A DNA stretch of 62,927 nt, filler included, from Octopus bimaculoides (lineage: Eukaryota): NCBI RefSeq assembly GCF_001194135.2. It is 5 parts of 4 records of this genome, joined end to end, with 100 filler letters (N's around TTAATTAATTAA, not from the genome) between each part and the next. Parts side by side here need not be neighbours in the genome. Positions count along the whole stretch, not along the records: positions 1 to 18,566 come from NC_068992.1; positions 18,667 to 25,995 come from NC_068995.1; 3 more parts are not named here. One strand, written 5' to 3'. Below the pieces are notes generated by a model. The model did no database searches. It saw nothing but the letters and a program-made list of their open reading frames with translations, and was not told where the DNA came from. Shown here piece by piece: positions 11,528 through 22,829 of the stretch (the first letter of the stretch is position 1; every line of letters begins with the position of its first letter). Position numbers and translations under genes: made by a program.

Positions 11528-11699
11528 TATATTCGTTCTTCATTCGTTTATTACTGTTTTTATTCTAACTCATGTCCGTTTCCTGAAATCTTTCGTCACA
11601 CATCTGTGACCTCCTCAGCAACACTATGTGTGCTCTTGCTCTGGATAATGGACATGAGTTAGAATAAGAACAGTAATAAACGAGTGAAGAACAAATATA
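11528..11699. repeat. Fold-back element with 50-bp inverted arms
   Basis: 11528-11577 vs 11650-11699, 72-nt spacer. Confidence 0.88.
11578..11622 (-). ncRNA. Type-I hammerhead ribozyme-like motif (stem I degenerate)
   Basis: Minus strand GTTG CTGAGGA G GTCACA-GATG-TGTGAC GAAA GATT TC AGGAAAC. Confidence 0.5.
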
Positions 11700-12293
11700 C
11701 AGTGCATGAGCTTATTTGGCAAAGAGAAAAAAATGATCATCTGAAATACAACAATATCTGTTTCAACACATGGTTTCACACCAAGAATCTTGCAACACAA
11801 ATTCACACATATATATATCTATATGTATAGGTATATACATAGCAGCTATGTACAGGGTTATATATACAGAATAAATTAGAGATGAGAAATAAAACTGCAA
11901 AGAAGTGTTTTTACAAGCAATAACCAAAATAAGTGTTCTATGATTGTGATCAAACAAAGCATTGATCTGTGAAACTAGAACAAATGAAGAAGAGATGTTC
12001 TCATTTAACTTTCTGTGTACGGTAGTCCGTTAATTCACTATAGTAAATAAAAAACAAAAAACCCAGAGATGAACTTCACAGTTGGTAATATAAGTGCCAT
12101 ATTAGATATGCTGATTGTAGGTGGGTTAATTGATTAATTAATTCCTATAGTTTAACCATTATCACAAGGGCAAGACATCAGTAACAACTACATTTCATCA
12201 CTGTTGTCTTAGCAGTAACTTGTCCAACACTTACAGCTAAAAACAGAATGATGCAGTTTTGAATTAATGACACCTATTATCCAGTGAGATTGT

Positions 12294-12375
<82 letters not shown>

Positions 12376-12486
12376 AAGAGAGAGAGAATGAGAGAGTGTG
12401 TGTGTGTGTGTGCGTGCGCGTGCGTGTGTAAGTAAAATGATATGTATAATATATATGCATGTTTATATAAAGTTTATATACATTAG

Positions 12487-12533
<47 letters not shown>

Positions 12534-12582
12534 GCAGAAGCAACAGGGTGACCCAAGGCCCAAGAGCCCCATGTGTTGGTTT

Positions 12583-12623
<41 letters not shown>

Positions 12624-13012
12624 AAGTCTTTCTCTACTGGTTACACAGGAGGAAACATTTAGTCTAAATGTTGCAAATGAGAAAAGCCATTATTAATTAC
12701 TATAGTTAATGAGTAATGTAGCTGATATTCACATAAACATCTGAAAGGGACCTGCCCATAAAGGAAACGTTTAAAAAAAAAACCTTTAAAAATCCATTGT
12801 GACATAAGAAATTTTGAGAGATTTTTTTTTTCTTTCAAGATATCAGAATTCTGGATAAAAATAGACATCATCATAACTTTGTCAAAAACGTCTATAGAAT
12901 ATCAACAAAATAATTAAAAATTTCAAAAGAAAAAAAATAGATTTTCTTTTTTTCTTTCAGTGTCTTTGAATTTTTTGTTAGGGAAGTGGTCTTGTGATTT
13001 GTGTCACAAGTA

Positions 13013-13630
13013 TTATGAAGGGTTTCCAATAAGGTGTCCATTTATGCAGAATAACTGCAAAGAATAGAGAATTCCAGTTTTAAAACCCTGAATAGTTTCT
13101 TTGTGATTGACAGGCGAATGACACGTCGGACAGCACACAAACGACAACAACGTGTTGAGGCAGTCCATATTCACCGTGATTCCACCTTTCTCTTTGGCAA
13201 TCAGTTCTAAAGGAGTCAATATACTAGTTGAATCAGTGGCATTGGCACTGGTCAGAAGTGACGTTGAACCCTCGTTATTCTGAGGTAACAGTTCAAACGG
13301 TAACAATGTCTGTGCAGATTGTTGCTGGTGCAACGTAATCCGGTTAATGGTATCTTGTTGGTTTAACTGATGAATTTGTTGTTTGATGGCCGCGATATTC
13401 GGTATGTTGACATCGTTTTGGTTGGTGTTTGCAGAAATAATATTGGTGTTTGTTACAGAGCTGTTGGAAGGTACAGCCGTACTGCTGAAGCTACCCAACA
13501 ACGACAACGAGTTCACAGACGCAGAAGTTACAGACACTGGTGGCTCAACAAAGTTGTTCTCATCACTTTCTTCTTTGATGATTGTAGTAATGCTTGGATC
13601 GCTCTTCAGAGAAAATGCTTGCATCACATG
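13013..13630 (-). CDS. Terminal coding exon of an unidentified host gene: S/T/Q-rich linker plus C-terminal CxxC...C..H zinc ribbon
   Basis: 205 open codons plus stop. Acceptor ttccgttctttatttcag|CAT (phase 0). Contains an IKEE SUMO-type motif and CCPTC...LFCINGH. TAA at 13015-13013. Confidence 0.8.
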   Translation of the reverse strand, partial: HVMQAFSLKSDPSITTIIKEESDENNFVEPPVSVTSASVNSLSLLGSFSSTAVPSNSSVTNTNIISANTNQNDVNIPNIAAIKQQIHQLNQQDTINRITLHQQQSAQTLLPFELLPQNNEGSTSLLTSANATDSTSILTPLELIAKEKGGITVNMDCLNTLLSFVCCPTCHSPVNHKETIQGFKTGILYSLQLFCINGHLIGNPS

Positions 13631-14247
13631 CTGAAATAAAGAACGGAAGCAAAAGTTAACAACAGATGGTAAAATAGAATTATGAGAGACTTACATTTAT
13701 TTCACACAAACAGATGCAAGCAAGCATGGGTGTGTGGTCNNNNNNNNNNNNNNNNNNNNNNNNNNNNNNNNNNNNNNNNNNNNNNNNNNNNNNNNNNNNN
13801 NNNNNNNNNNNNNNNNNNNNNNNNNNNNNNNNNNNNNNNNNNNNNNNNNNNNNNNNNNNNNNNNNNNNNNNNNNNNNNNNNNNNNNNNNNNNNNNNNNNN
13901 NNNNNNNNNNNNNNNNNTAAACATTTCACAGCAATTATCAAATTCATTTTGAAACAGGCTTTTTAATGAGTAATTTTTTTCAAGTTGTTTTGATATTTTT
14001 TTTCAGCAATTTCAAGCTTGTGCTAGTGTCACAGATCTCTCACCATCAAGGGAGATAACTAATCGCTCCAACCAGCAATTACAACAAACTCCTAATACAA
14101 CACCAACAGTATTTGTCATATTGATATTCAATGAGTTCTGCATTTGTTACTTGGTACTTTAGAAGAATATAGAGACGAAAGAAAAGCAAAGTTCTATGGA
14201 GTAACTGACTAGACTGTTGCCAAAAGAATATAGGTTGGATAGGTGAA

Positions 14248-14560
14248 GGCGCATGGCTTAGTGGCTAGGGTATTTGGGCTCGGGTTCGTAAGGTCGTGAG
14301 TTCGATTCCCGGCAGCATGTTGTGTCCTTGAGCAACACACTTTATTTCACATTATTTCAGTCCACTCAGCTGGCAAAAATGATAGATGTACCTGTAATTC
14401 AAAGGGGACCAGCCCTGTCACATTCTCTATCATGCTGAACCTCCTTAAGAGTACATGTGTCAGCAGAGTGCTCAGCCACTTGCACGTTAATTTCAGGAGC
14501 AGGCTGTTCCACTGATTGGATCAATGGAACACTGATTGTCATAACTGACAGACAGCCAAG
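14248..14560 (+). mobile_element. SINE family C, full length
   Basis: tRNA-like head ggcgcatggcttagtggctagg...gttcgattccc, body tgtgtccttgagcaacacact, shared family tail. Confidence 0.88.
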
Positions 14561-14989
14561 TTGGATAAGAGAAAAGAAAGTCAAAGTGTTTTACAAATAT
14601 TAAATGTTATGCAAAAATAACAACAATATGAGCAAAAAGAAGTGAAATAGTAAAATGGTTCACATTTCACATTAGCAAAACGTCCTGCAGCTCTGAACTT
14701 TCAAAGACACGTGGAATGTAAAGTCCCATACTCAGGAAAACTGGTAAGGGTTAGTGACTGGGTGTGAAGTAATGCTTCAATGCTCAACCTATGTAAACAT
14801 GAAAAAATAGACAGAGAACAACGAAAAGAAAGAAAAAAAAATGTTGTTTAAATAATCACAATCACAAGGATAGTCCTCAAAAACATGTCACCAAAATTTA
14901 TTGTGATTAAATTTGTCCATTAGGTTTTCTTCAAAAACGATCACTAACCCAAACTAAGTTATACCCCTTTATAAAGCCATATGTCTTAA

Positions 14990-16786
14990 CTCTTTAGTGT
15001 TTAGACTCGCACAAACCGGCTGAAAATTATTCCCCTTTATTTGTTTGAACAGGCCAAATCCAGCCGCATCTGATTCCTCTACGAAATCGCTAAAGGAATA
15101 AATCACATTATTGAATTCTCGTAGCTTTGAGATAATGCGAGATAAAGCCTTTCTCGCCTTTATGTAAGTAAAAATACGGTGAAACTTTTGAGACTTCTTG
15201 GTTTTTTCAACATTTGAAGATAAGTATACATCTTAGTTTTTAATGATATGGCGTCAGCAAGTAGCAATTCCAACTTTTACTTTTGATGATGTACAAAATA
15301 TAAACGAAAACAACAGTGATTTGTCTTCGGATGAATCATATTGACATTTGTGAATCTTCATCTTTCTTATAATGAAAGTGATGAAAATGATATCGAAAAC
15401 ATTACAGCAACATGGTTAAATATTACTACATCAACCGGAATTCCCGATTTCAGAGAAAAGACTAGTCCACAATCCAGTCCACCTCCCGATGCTCAACCAT
15501 TGGACTATTTATTTTTATTTTTACCAAAAAGTCTTTTGAAACTGTCACGGAGGAAACAAATATTCTCAACACATAACTTCCATTTGTGGAAGACCTGATC
15601 CACTATGGCAGCCAACTGACACAGCAGAAATGCAAACTTTTTTTACTGTAAACATGTTTGGTATCAAGCAGCTTCCTCGACTGTGGAACTACTGGAATCC
15701 TGATATAAGGTAATGGTGATCCATATCTCTCCAGCATTATGTCTAACTATAGTTAATTTATATATTGTTTATGCAAAGAGCCACCAAAGGACTACGACCA
15801 TTTGAAATTTCGGGTTGACATCGCATCTTAGTTACACAAGGGCTTTTCTTCCAGAAAGCACAGAACTGGGAGAAAAGCAAAATTAACTGAGGTGGATGTC
15901 AACAGAGAAAATATTGACTTCTATGAAGTGGGAAAAATAAATAGAAGGAAAACAGTTTGCAGACTGTGTTTGCTGCAAAAAAGAAAAACTGCAAAAGGTT
16001 ATCAGGTTGAGACCTCATATATGTATTCATTTTGCAAAGTGCCCTTGTGTAAAGGATACTTTGGACAGTTTCATGATAGAAATATGGCATTACTATATTT
16101 TGTTGTTTGATAGTAATACTATCATATAATCCTTTCATTTTATTACAAATAATATGTGAAAGTGAGAAATACATATAAATTTTCAGTGTTACATACCTAT
16201 ATTCACCTTTGCCTCACCTGTTAATGAGCTTTTTTTATTAAATGCATTCTGTTATGTAAATGTATTCATTAAATTGTATAAGAGTACATAGCCAATGGTA
16301 TAGTGACTAGCAAAGGAGTTTTGTAGCTTATTTTCAATGAAAATGTTTGAATGAAACATAGAGAAAGAATAAAATCTTATACCGATTACACCTGTATTTT
16401 AATTAATTCAAATTAATGTACATCATCTTGAAAAGTGGCAAAATTGTTGGTGGTTGACATCTGGGATAATTTTAATAACAAATCCAACAGATAAGATGCA
16501 TTAAGAATTTCAGTTTTAGTGTTTATCCATAATGTTATTGCTTTCACACCTATTAATTATATTTACTTGCCCAGAAAAGTCAAATTTAATCAGCAAGATC
16601 AGCTAAAATTACAAAACTATAATCTGCAGGCATATAAACACCCACTAACAAAATTTAGAATCTGTATGTAAAAAATTAACAAACTTACAAGCAAATATTG
16701 TGGAAACCCCTCTTGGGCCTGAATAATTCAAAATAATGTGAACAAGTAAGCATTACGTTTTACAAATTAATCTGAACACTAAAGGG
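14990..16786 (+). mobile_element. piggyBac-family element, internally deleted
   Basis: TTAA target sites at 14986-14989 and 16787-16790. Terminal repeats ctctttagtgtttaga / tctgaacactaaaggg. Confidence 0.9.
15248..16110 (+). pseudogene. piggyBac (PGBD4-like) transposase remnant lacking the DDD core
   Basis: Acidic N-terminus, PLDYLFLFLP..VTEETN, WQPTDTAEMQ..GIKQLPRLWNYW, then a jump to the Cys-rich C-terminus CRLC...FCKVPLCK..FGQFH. Confidence 0.85.
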
Positions 16787-16877
16787 TTAAAAAGGGGTAC
16801 AAAAAATATACAGGGGGCTTACTAAAGATAAGAATTATTCAAACCAAAATAGTAGATCAATGAATACTAGTTTTTAC

Positions 16878-16978
16878 CTCTTTCTTCGCTCTCCATTTAT
16901 GATATGAAAGTTTTCTGTACATAGCTTGTCGCAGAGTCACTGGGGAACAATTACCTTCTTGGTTCTTCTGAACCCACA
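16878..16978 (-). CDS. Internal coding exon of the same host gene
   Basis: Acceptor ttttgattttccag| and donor GAG|gtaaaa. 101 nt, open as (x)WVQKNQEGNCSPVTLRQAMYRKLSYHKWRAKKE. The phase-0 end matches the 13630 acceptor. Confidence 0.62.
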
Positions 16979-17140
16979 CTGGAAAATCAAAATCAATTCA
17001 CAAAATAAGGCCTTCACAGAATTTACATAATGTTACTTCAAGTAAAAAGGTCAATCCAATACAAGTGAATTATGACAAGGGACTTTACTGGGTTTTTCTT
17101 TTTTTGTGTTAAGTAACTCTTAAACAAATATGAAAGATGA

Positions 17141-17264
17141 CATGGCTGTGTAATAAGTTTCCTTCCCAACCACATGGTTCTGAGTTCAGTTCCATTGCAT
17201 GGCTACTATAGCCTTGGGCTGATCAAAGCCTTAACTGAAAGAAGCCTGTTGTGTGTGTGTGTGT
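17141..17264 (+). mobile_element. SINE family A head with internal deletions
   Basis: catggctgtgtaataag...aactgaaagaagcc followed by (GT)n. Confidence 0.75.
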
Positions 17265-17661
17265 AAGTATGTATAGGGGAAAAAAATAAAAATGGAGAAA
17301 TAATAAATGCATGAATAATTTGTGTGTTATAAAATGATGAAAATTTTCTTTAAAAACCATAACAGTACAAATAAATTGATTACAAGTTGTGAAGCTCAAA
17401 AAATAAAATAAAAGAACCTACATATATGTTTCAGTCCTATCACCAAGTTGATCAGAAGTTCTGAGCATTCCAACTATATGGGAGTAAGACTTCTTCAGTG
17501 GAATACTTTGGATTATATAATCCCTAATGAGGATATAACTTACTCGAATTAACTATATATANNNNNNNNNNNNNNNNNNNNNNNNNNNNNNNNNNNNNNN
17601 NNNNNNNNNNNNNNNNNNNNNNNNNNNNNNNNNNNNNNNNNNNNNNNNNNNNNNNNNNNNN

Positions 17662-18530
17662 GGATAGCTGTGTGAAAAAATGCCACACCCTAACAGTTGA
17701 GGGAACCCGTGAAAGGGGTAGGCCCAGAAAGACCTGGGCTGAGGTGGTGAGGCAAGACATTTGAACATTGGGCCTCTCTGAGGCAATGACTTCTGACCGA
17801 GACCTTTGGAAATATGCTGTGCGTGAGAAGACCCGGCAAGCCAAGTGAGACCTAAATCCAAGGCCTCTGCCAGGGCTATAGCCAGCCCACTTATGCGTAC
17901 CTTTCCTTCTTTGGATACTAAACTCCGCTTGCGAAGACCTGTTGAGGCAAGTGAAATTGAAACCGAACTAAATTTGACGACAGGCACCCATGCCAACGTC
18001 GTCTCCTTCATTGGACACGAAACTCTGCTTGCGAAGACCTGTTGGGTCAAGTGAAATCAAAATCGAACCATATTCGATGACTGGCACTTGTGCCAGTGGA
18101 GCACTAACAGCACTGTCCGAGCATGTTCGTTGCCATAGCAGCTGTCTGGCTTCCATGCTAGTGGCACGTAAATAGCACCATTTGAGCATAATCGTTACCA
18201 GCATCGCCTTCTAGCAATTGTGCTGGTGGAACGTTAGAAAATCATTCAAGCGAGGTTGTTGCCAATGCCGCTGGACTGGCTCCCATGCAGGTGGCATGTA
18301 AAAAACACCTTTTTGAGTGAGGCTGCTGCCAGTACCGTGTGACTGGCCCTCGTGCTGGTGGCACATAAAAGCACCCACTACACTCTTGGAGTGGTTGGCG
18401 TTAGGAAGGGCATCCAGCTGTAGAAACTCTGCCTTATCAGATTGGAGAGTGGTGCAGCCTTCTGGCTTGCCAGTCCTCAGTCAAATCGTCCAACCCATGC
18501 TAGCATGGAAAGCGGACGTTTGACGATGAT
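17662..18530 (+). mobile_element. RTE-clade LINE 3' end (ORF2 C-terminus plus 3' UTR)
   Basis: 17663-17848 reads VEGTRERGRPRKTWAEVVRQD..D.RDLWKYAVREKTRQAK*, a typical RTE C-terminus. Tail ends gacgatgat. Confidence 0.88.
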
Positions 18531-18687
18531 TACATATACATATATATACATTATATATATATATATNNNNNNNNNNNNNNNNNNNNNNNNNNNNNNNNNN
18601 NNNNNNNNNNTTAATTAATTAANNNNNNNNNNNNNNNNNNNNNNNNNNNNNNNNNNNNNNNNNNNNTATTTAAAAGCAGCGGAAATA

Positions 18688-18742
18688 TAACAAAAGCTGT
18701 TACTCAGAGTTTCACGTTCCCGTTCGTCGGATAGTTTTGTTA
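18688..18742 (-). ncRNA. Type-I hammerhead ribozyme motif
   Basis: Minus strand TAACAAAACTAT CCGACGA ACG-GGAA-CGT GAAA CTCTGAG TA ACAGCTTTTGTTA. All three stems and a GUA triplet are present. Confidence 0.7.
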
Positions 18743-18837
18743 AAATGAAGCATATTACTCTACCTCTGGTATTTGAGTACTCTTTCTTCCACCTTACTTC
18801 ATATTTATGTGCTTACTCCGGTATAAGTGTGTATATA

Positions 18838-19059
18838 CTGGGTGGTGCAAAAGTCGACCCATAGAGCAATAAAAAAAAAAAAGGATTTCTTAGCTTTAAC
18901 ATGATTTTGATCATATTATTATCATATCTAATTTTATTTTTCTCTCTTTCAGATCAGCAGCCATGGCAAAAAAGCTAACAATTTCAGAGACTGGAATTTG
19001 TAAACCGTAAATTGTTATATAATAAATTGCCTATGGGTCCAAATTTTTGCACCACCCTG
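18838..19059 (+). mobile_element. Tc1/mariner-type MITE (family M2)
   Basis: TA flanks. Terminal repeats ctgggtggtgcaaaagtcgacccatag / ctatgggtccaaatttttgcaccaccctg. Confidence 0.85.
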
Positions 19060-19112
<53 letters not shown>

Positions 19113-19121
19113 GTCTATCTG

Positions 19122-19158
<37 letters not shown>

Positions 19159-19180
19159 GAAAACACTATATGCAAACATC

Positions 19181-19235
<55 letters not shown>

Positions 19236-19337
19236 AAAAAAACATGTGTGTATATATATATATACATACAATTATCTATTTATGTGTGTGTGTAGTAAAG
19301 AGATACGTATATACGATCATGTATCTATAAATATGTA

Positions 19338-19369
<32 letters not shown>

Positions 19370-19645
19370 GGTGTGCGTGCGTATACCTCGAACGTGGCGT
19401 ATCAGCAGCAATTCATTAGACTGCAACCGCAACAAGACCCCGCCCTACACAACACACCGTTCCCTCTCTGTCACCATTCTCTGTAAAGCCCATCCCCCAC
19501 CCACCACTCTTCCAGGCACAGAAAGACCAACCCTCGATTTAACCTTCAAATACCATCCTTCACCGCCCACCTCCAACAAACAACACTTTGGGCTTGAAAG
19601 GTGACACGCTCGACCTGTCACCTAATTAACACGATGCAATGACAG

Positions 19646-19646
<1 letters not shown>

Positions 19647-19679
<33 letters not shown>

Positions 19680-20004
19680 GTGAGTGGTTGTCGAGATGGT
19701 GCTGACAGAGGTGGCGATGTCATTGATGATATCAATAATGATCGTGGTAATATAATTATGGTGATGATGATGATGAGATATTGATGACGGCGATGGTGAT
19801 GACAATGGTGATACTGCTGCCGCTGCTGCAGATGGCGTTGCTGGTGGTGCTGGTGAAAGTGATGATGTTGATGATGATGGTGATGATGATGGGGCATATC
19901 GACATTTAATATATCAACAACAACAACAACAACCATGTCATGACGATGATAATTGTGATCGTGACGATGATTATGGTGGTGACGACGACGACGACGACGA
20001 CGAC

Positions 20005-20057
<53 letters not shown>

Positions 20058-20206
20058 CGATGATGATGTCGGTGTCTATAATTGCGGCAGCCATGTTTGT
20101 CACTCATTTGGGATTCAGGTAAACTAGAGATGTGGCATCATATTGAAAATGGGAGGAACAGGGAACAGGTAGATGGAAGAGGATGCTTCCATCGCCGCCG
20201 CCGCTG

Positions 20207-20252
<46 letters not shown>

Positions 20253-20270
20253 TGCTGTTGCTGCTGCTGC
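19647..20270. repeat. Compound trinucleotide microsatellite field
   Basis: (TTA)n, (GAT)n, (GAC)n, (CTA)n and (CTG)n runs. Confidence 0.95.
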
Positions 20271-21233
20271 TGCTGCGATTGCTCTTCTGTTGTTGCTGTT
20301 GTTGGTTCTGTGGCTGTTGTTTGACACCATCCAGGACACTTTCCTTTCGACTTTCCAACCATGGCCATTACGTCTTGTAGTTGGTTGGTTGGTTGGCTGG
20401 TTGGTAGTAATAGAAGCGGGAATGCATTTGACAACGTTTCATTTTTCTTTGAAAGAAGAGACTCTGTGTGCGTGTGTGTGTGTGTGTATGTGTGCGTGTG
20501 TGTGTAATCGGGAGGTATTTTGGCTGTTATTTTCAGCAGCTCGAGCAACTACATACAGGTTCCGTCCCCTCCACCACCCACCGACACTTCCTCATTGTAT
20601 TGTTATTCTTGATATTCCTGTTGTGGCTTCTGCGGTAGTTGATGTTGTTTGTGTTGTCGTTGTTATATTTTCTGATATTTTAGTGACTAGATGTTGTTGT
20701 TGTTGTTGGTTCTGTTGTCGTTTCTCTGGTTGTTGTTGTTTCATTGTGTTTCCTTCTTACTGTTTGTTGTTGTTGTCGCACATGATACTGCTGCTGCTGC
20801 TGCTGCTGCTGCTGTATCTACTGATCTAATTAGCAACACTACTAATTACATATCAGACACACCGAGACACGTTATTTATCACCTTAAATGAATTCTGATA
20901 CGTTGCTTCTTTTCAAAAATGTTGTTGTTGCTGTTGCTGCTGTTTTGCGGTAATGTTACATGTATTTTTAGATGGCGTATGTGCGTGTGTGTGCGTATGT
21001 GCGCGCGTTTCAATATATATGTACATTATATATATATATAGAGAGAGAGAGACAGACAGACAGAGAAGGAAAGAGAGAGAGAGATGTAATAATCGATGGT
21101 TAACAAGCCAATTGTTCTCATTTTATGGCAGGCACACACACATACACACACCGAGTAATATAAACACAATTTCATAAGTGTATGTATGTATCTATCCATA
21201 CATGTTTAGACACGCCTATACCAGTACACACAG

Positions 21234-21281
<48 letters not shown>

Positions 21282-22829
21282 AACATACATTCCACCTACT
21301 ACAAGCGCCTGACAATATTCCACATATTTGACATCTATCTCTTCCTGTCTTCCTCTTCCTTTATCTATCTATCTAGTCAGATACATAGTGAGGATGAGAG
21401 AGAGATAAGGAGGGGGTAGAGGGAGAGGGAAAATGGGGGGAAGACAATTCGTTCAGAGGGGTGATGGGAGTTAGTTCCCTGTTCATTGTGTTAACTCATG
21501 AGACCCCAAGAAAGGATTACAGTTAAATATGACAATTTAACAAATCACCCGTTATATCTGGTCAATTTCTGCAGAATTCCAAGGTATATATGTTTTGGTG
21601 TTGATGGATGCCAGAGAAGTATTTTGCGAAGCGCTACTGAATGGAATATCAGCACCATTTCATCTACATTGGCCAATCATAGGAATTTACCAAACCAAAA
21701 CTGTCACACGTCAATACCAAAGACAGTAGATAACAAATCAAATAACTAAATACATAAATCCAATAATTAAAAACTACTAAATTATCGTGGCTGTATAAAA
21801 ATAATCTGTTCAATTCACAACCAAATAGTTCCTGGTTCGATCCTACTCGGCAGTACTTTAAGCAAATGTCTTCTACCATAAGTTTGGGTTGACGAATGTA
21901 CTGTACTCTATTTACATTAAAAAAGAGGAACAACTCTAGGAACATTGGTATACTCAGCCCCTTGATAAATAGAGATAGATAAAATGAGCTCCAGATTTGG
22001 TAGTGGAACAAGTATAGTTGCCGTCAAGCCCTCCGAGTTTGTACCCGAGCTTGGCCGCCGTTCAATTCACTAATTGCCTTAAAAAATAAAAGTGTATCGT
22101 GTCCACCGACGCCTCCACCCTCAAGCATTCTTTCCCCTATCACTAGTTTACTTTGACCATCAGCTTCAGCTGACCACATATATCGGTTGAGCACGAAGGT
22201 TATAACGAAGGTTATAATCGGGAAAGATCAACACCAATTTATCACTGGTACTTTATGTAATTGAAGTTGGTGAGTGAAAGGCAAAGCCAAAGTTGATGGG
22301 ATGCAAAATTTGAGGAAGGCACCGCGCAAGACATTCTGTCTCCGATCTGCCAGTCAACATAGGATCGCCGTGTGGTTAGCAAGTTCAATCACAAGTTCCG
22401 TGATTCCGGATTTTTATTTTAAGACACACACACACAGTTATATAAACAGAATTTCACAAGTGTATTGTTATACACCAGGCATCACTTAGGGTAGGCATCT
22501 TCACTTGAAACGTTGGGTTGGCCAAAAATGAAACTGTTTCGCGAGAGAAATTTGAAAGATAGACTGTACAGGAGTCTGCCGCAAGCATGCATACACGCAC
22601 GCATACATACATGCATACATATGTGTGCGTAGATATATAAACATTCTCATATGTGTGTATATAGATACGTATGTATACATATGCATGTATTTATGTATAT
22701 GCACACACACACGCATATATATAGATACCAAGACATGTATATATATATAACATTTATACACAAACACATTATATAAATGACATAAAATAATATGGAAAGA
22801 TTCAATTTATATTTTCTCTTTATAACAAG

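Noticed and set aside
13370-13639. Plus-strand ORFs 13370-13639 and 13383-13634
   Set aside because: Antisense shadows of the minus-strand exon.
14009-14165. Possible exon on either strand (QFQACASVTD... or MTNTVGVV...)
   Set aside because: Weak or phase-incompatible splice sites and no recognisable motif.
17904-18095. 100-bp RTE repeat as a ribozyme
   Set aside because: It has hairpins and GAAA but no hammerhead core or HDV-like pseudoknot that I can build.
18611-18622. TTAATTAATTAA inside N runs (also 26040-26051, 51484-51495, 59400-59411)
   Set aside because: An identical 12-mer centred in 100-bp gaps with stops in all frames: a scaffolding linker, not biology.
19622-20829. Poly-His/Gln/Ser ORFs (also 38370-39170 and 41107-41960)
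   Set aside because: Trinucleotide microsatellites with no unique coding flanks.
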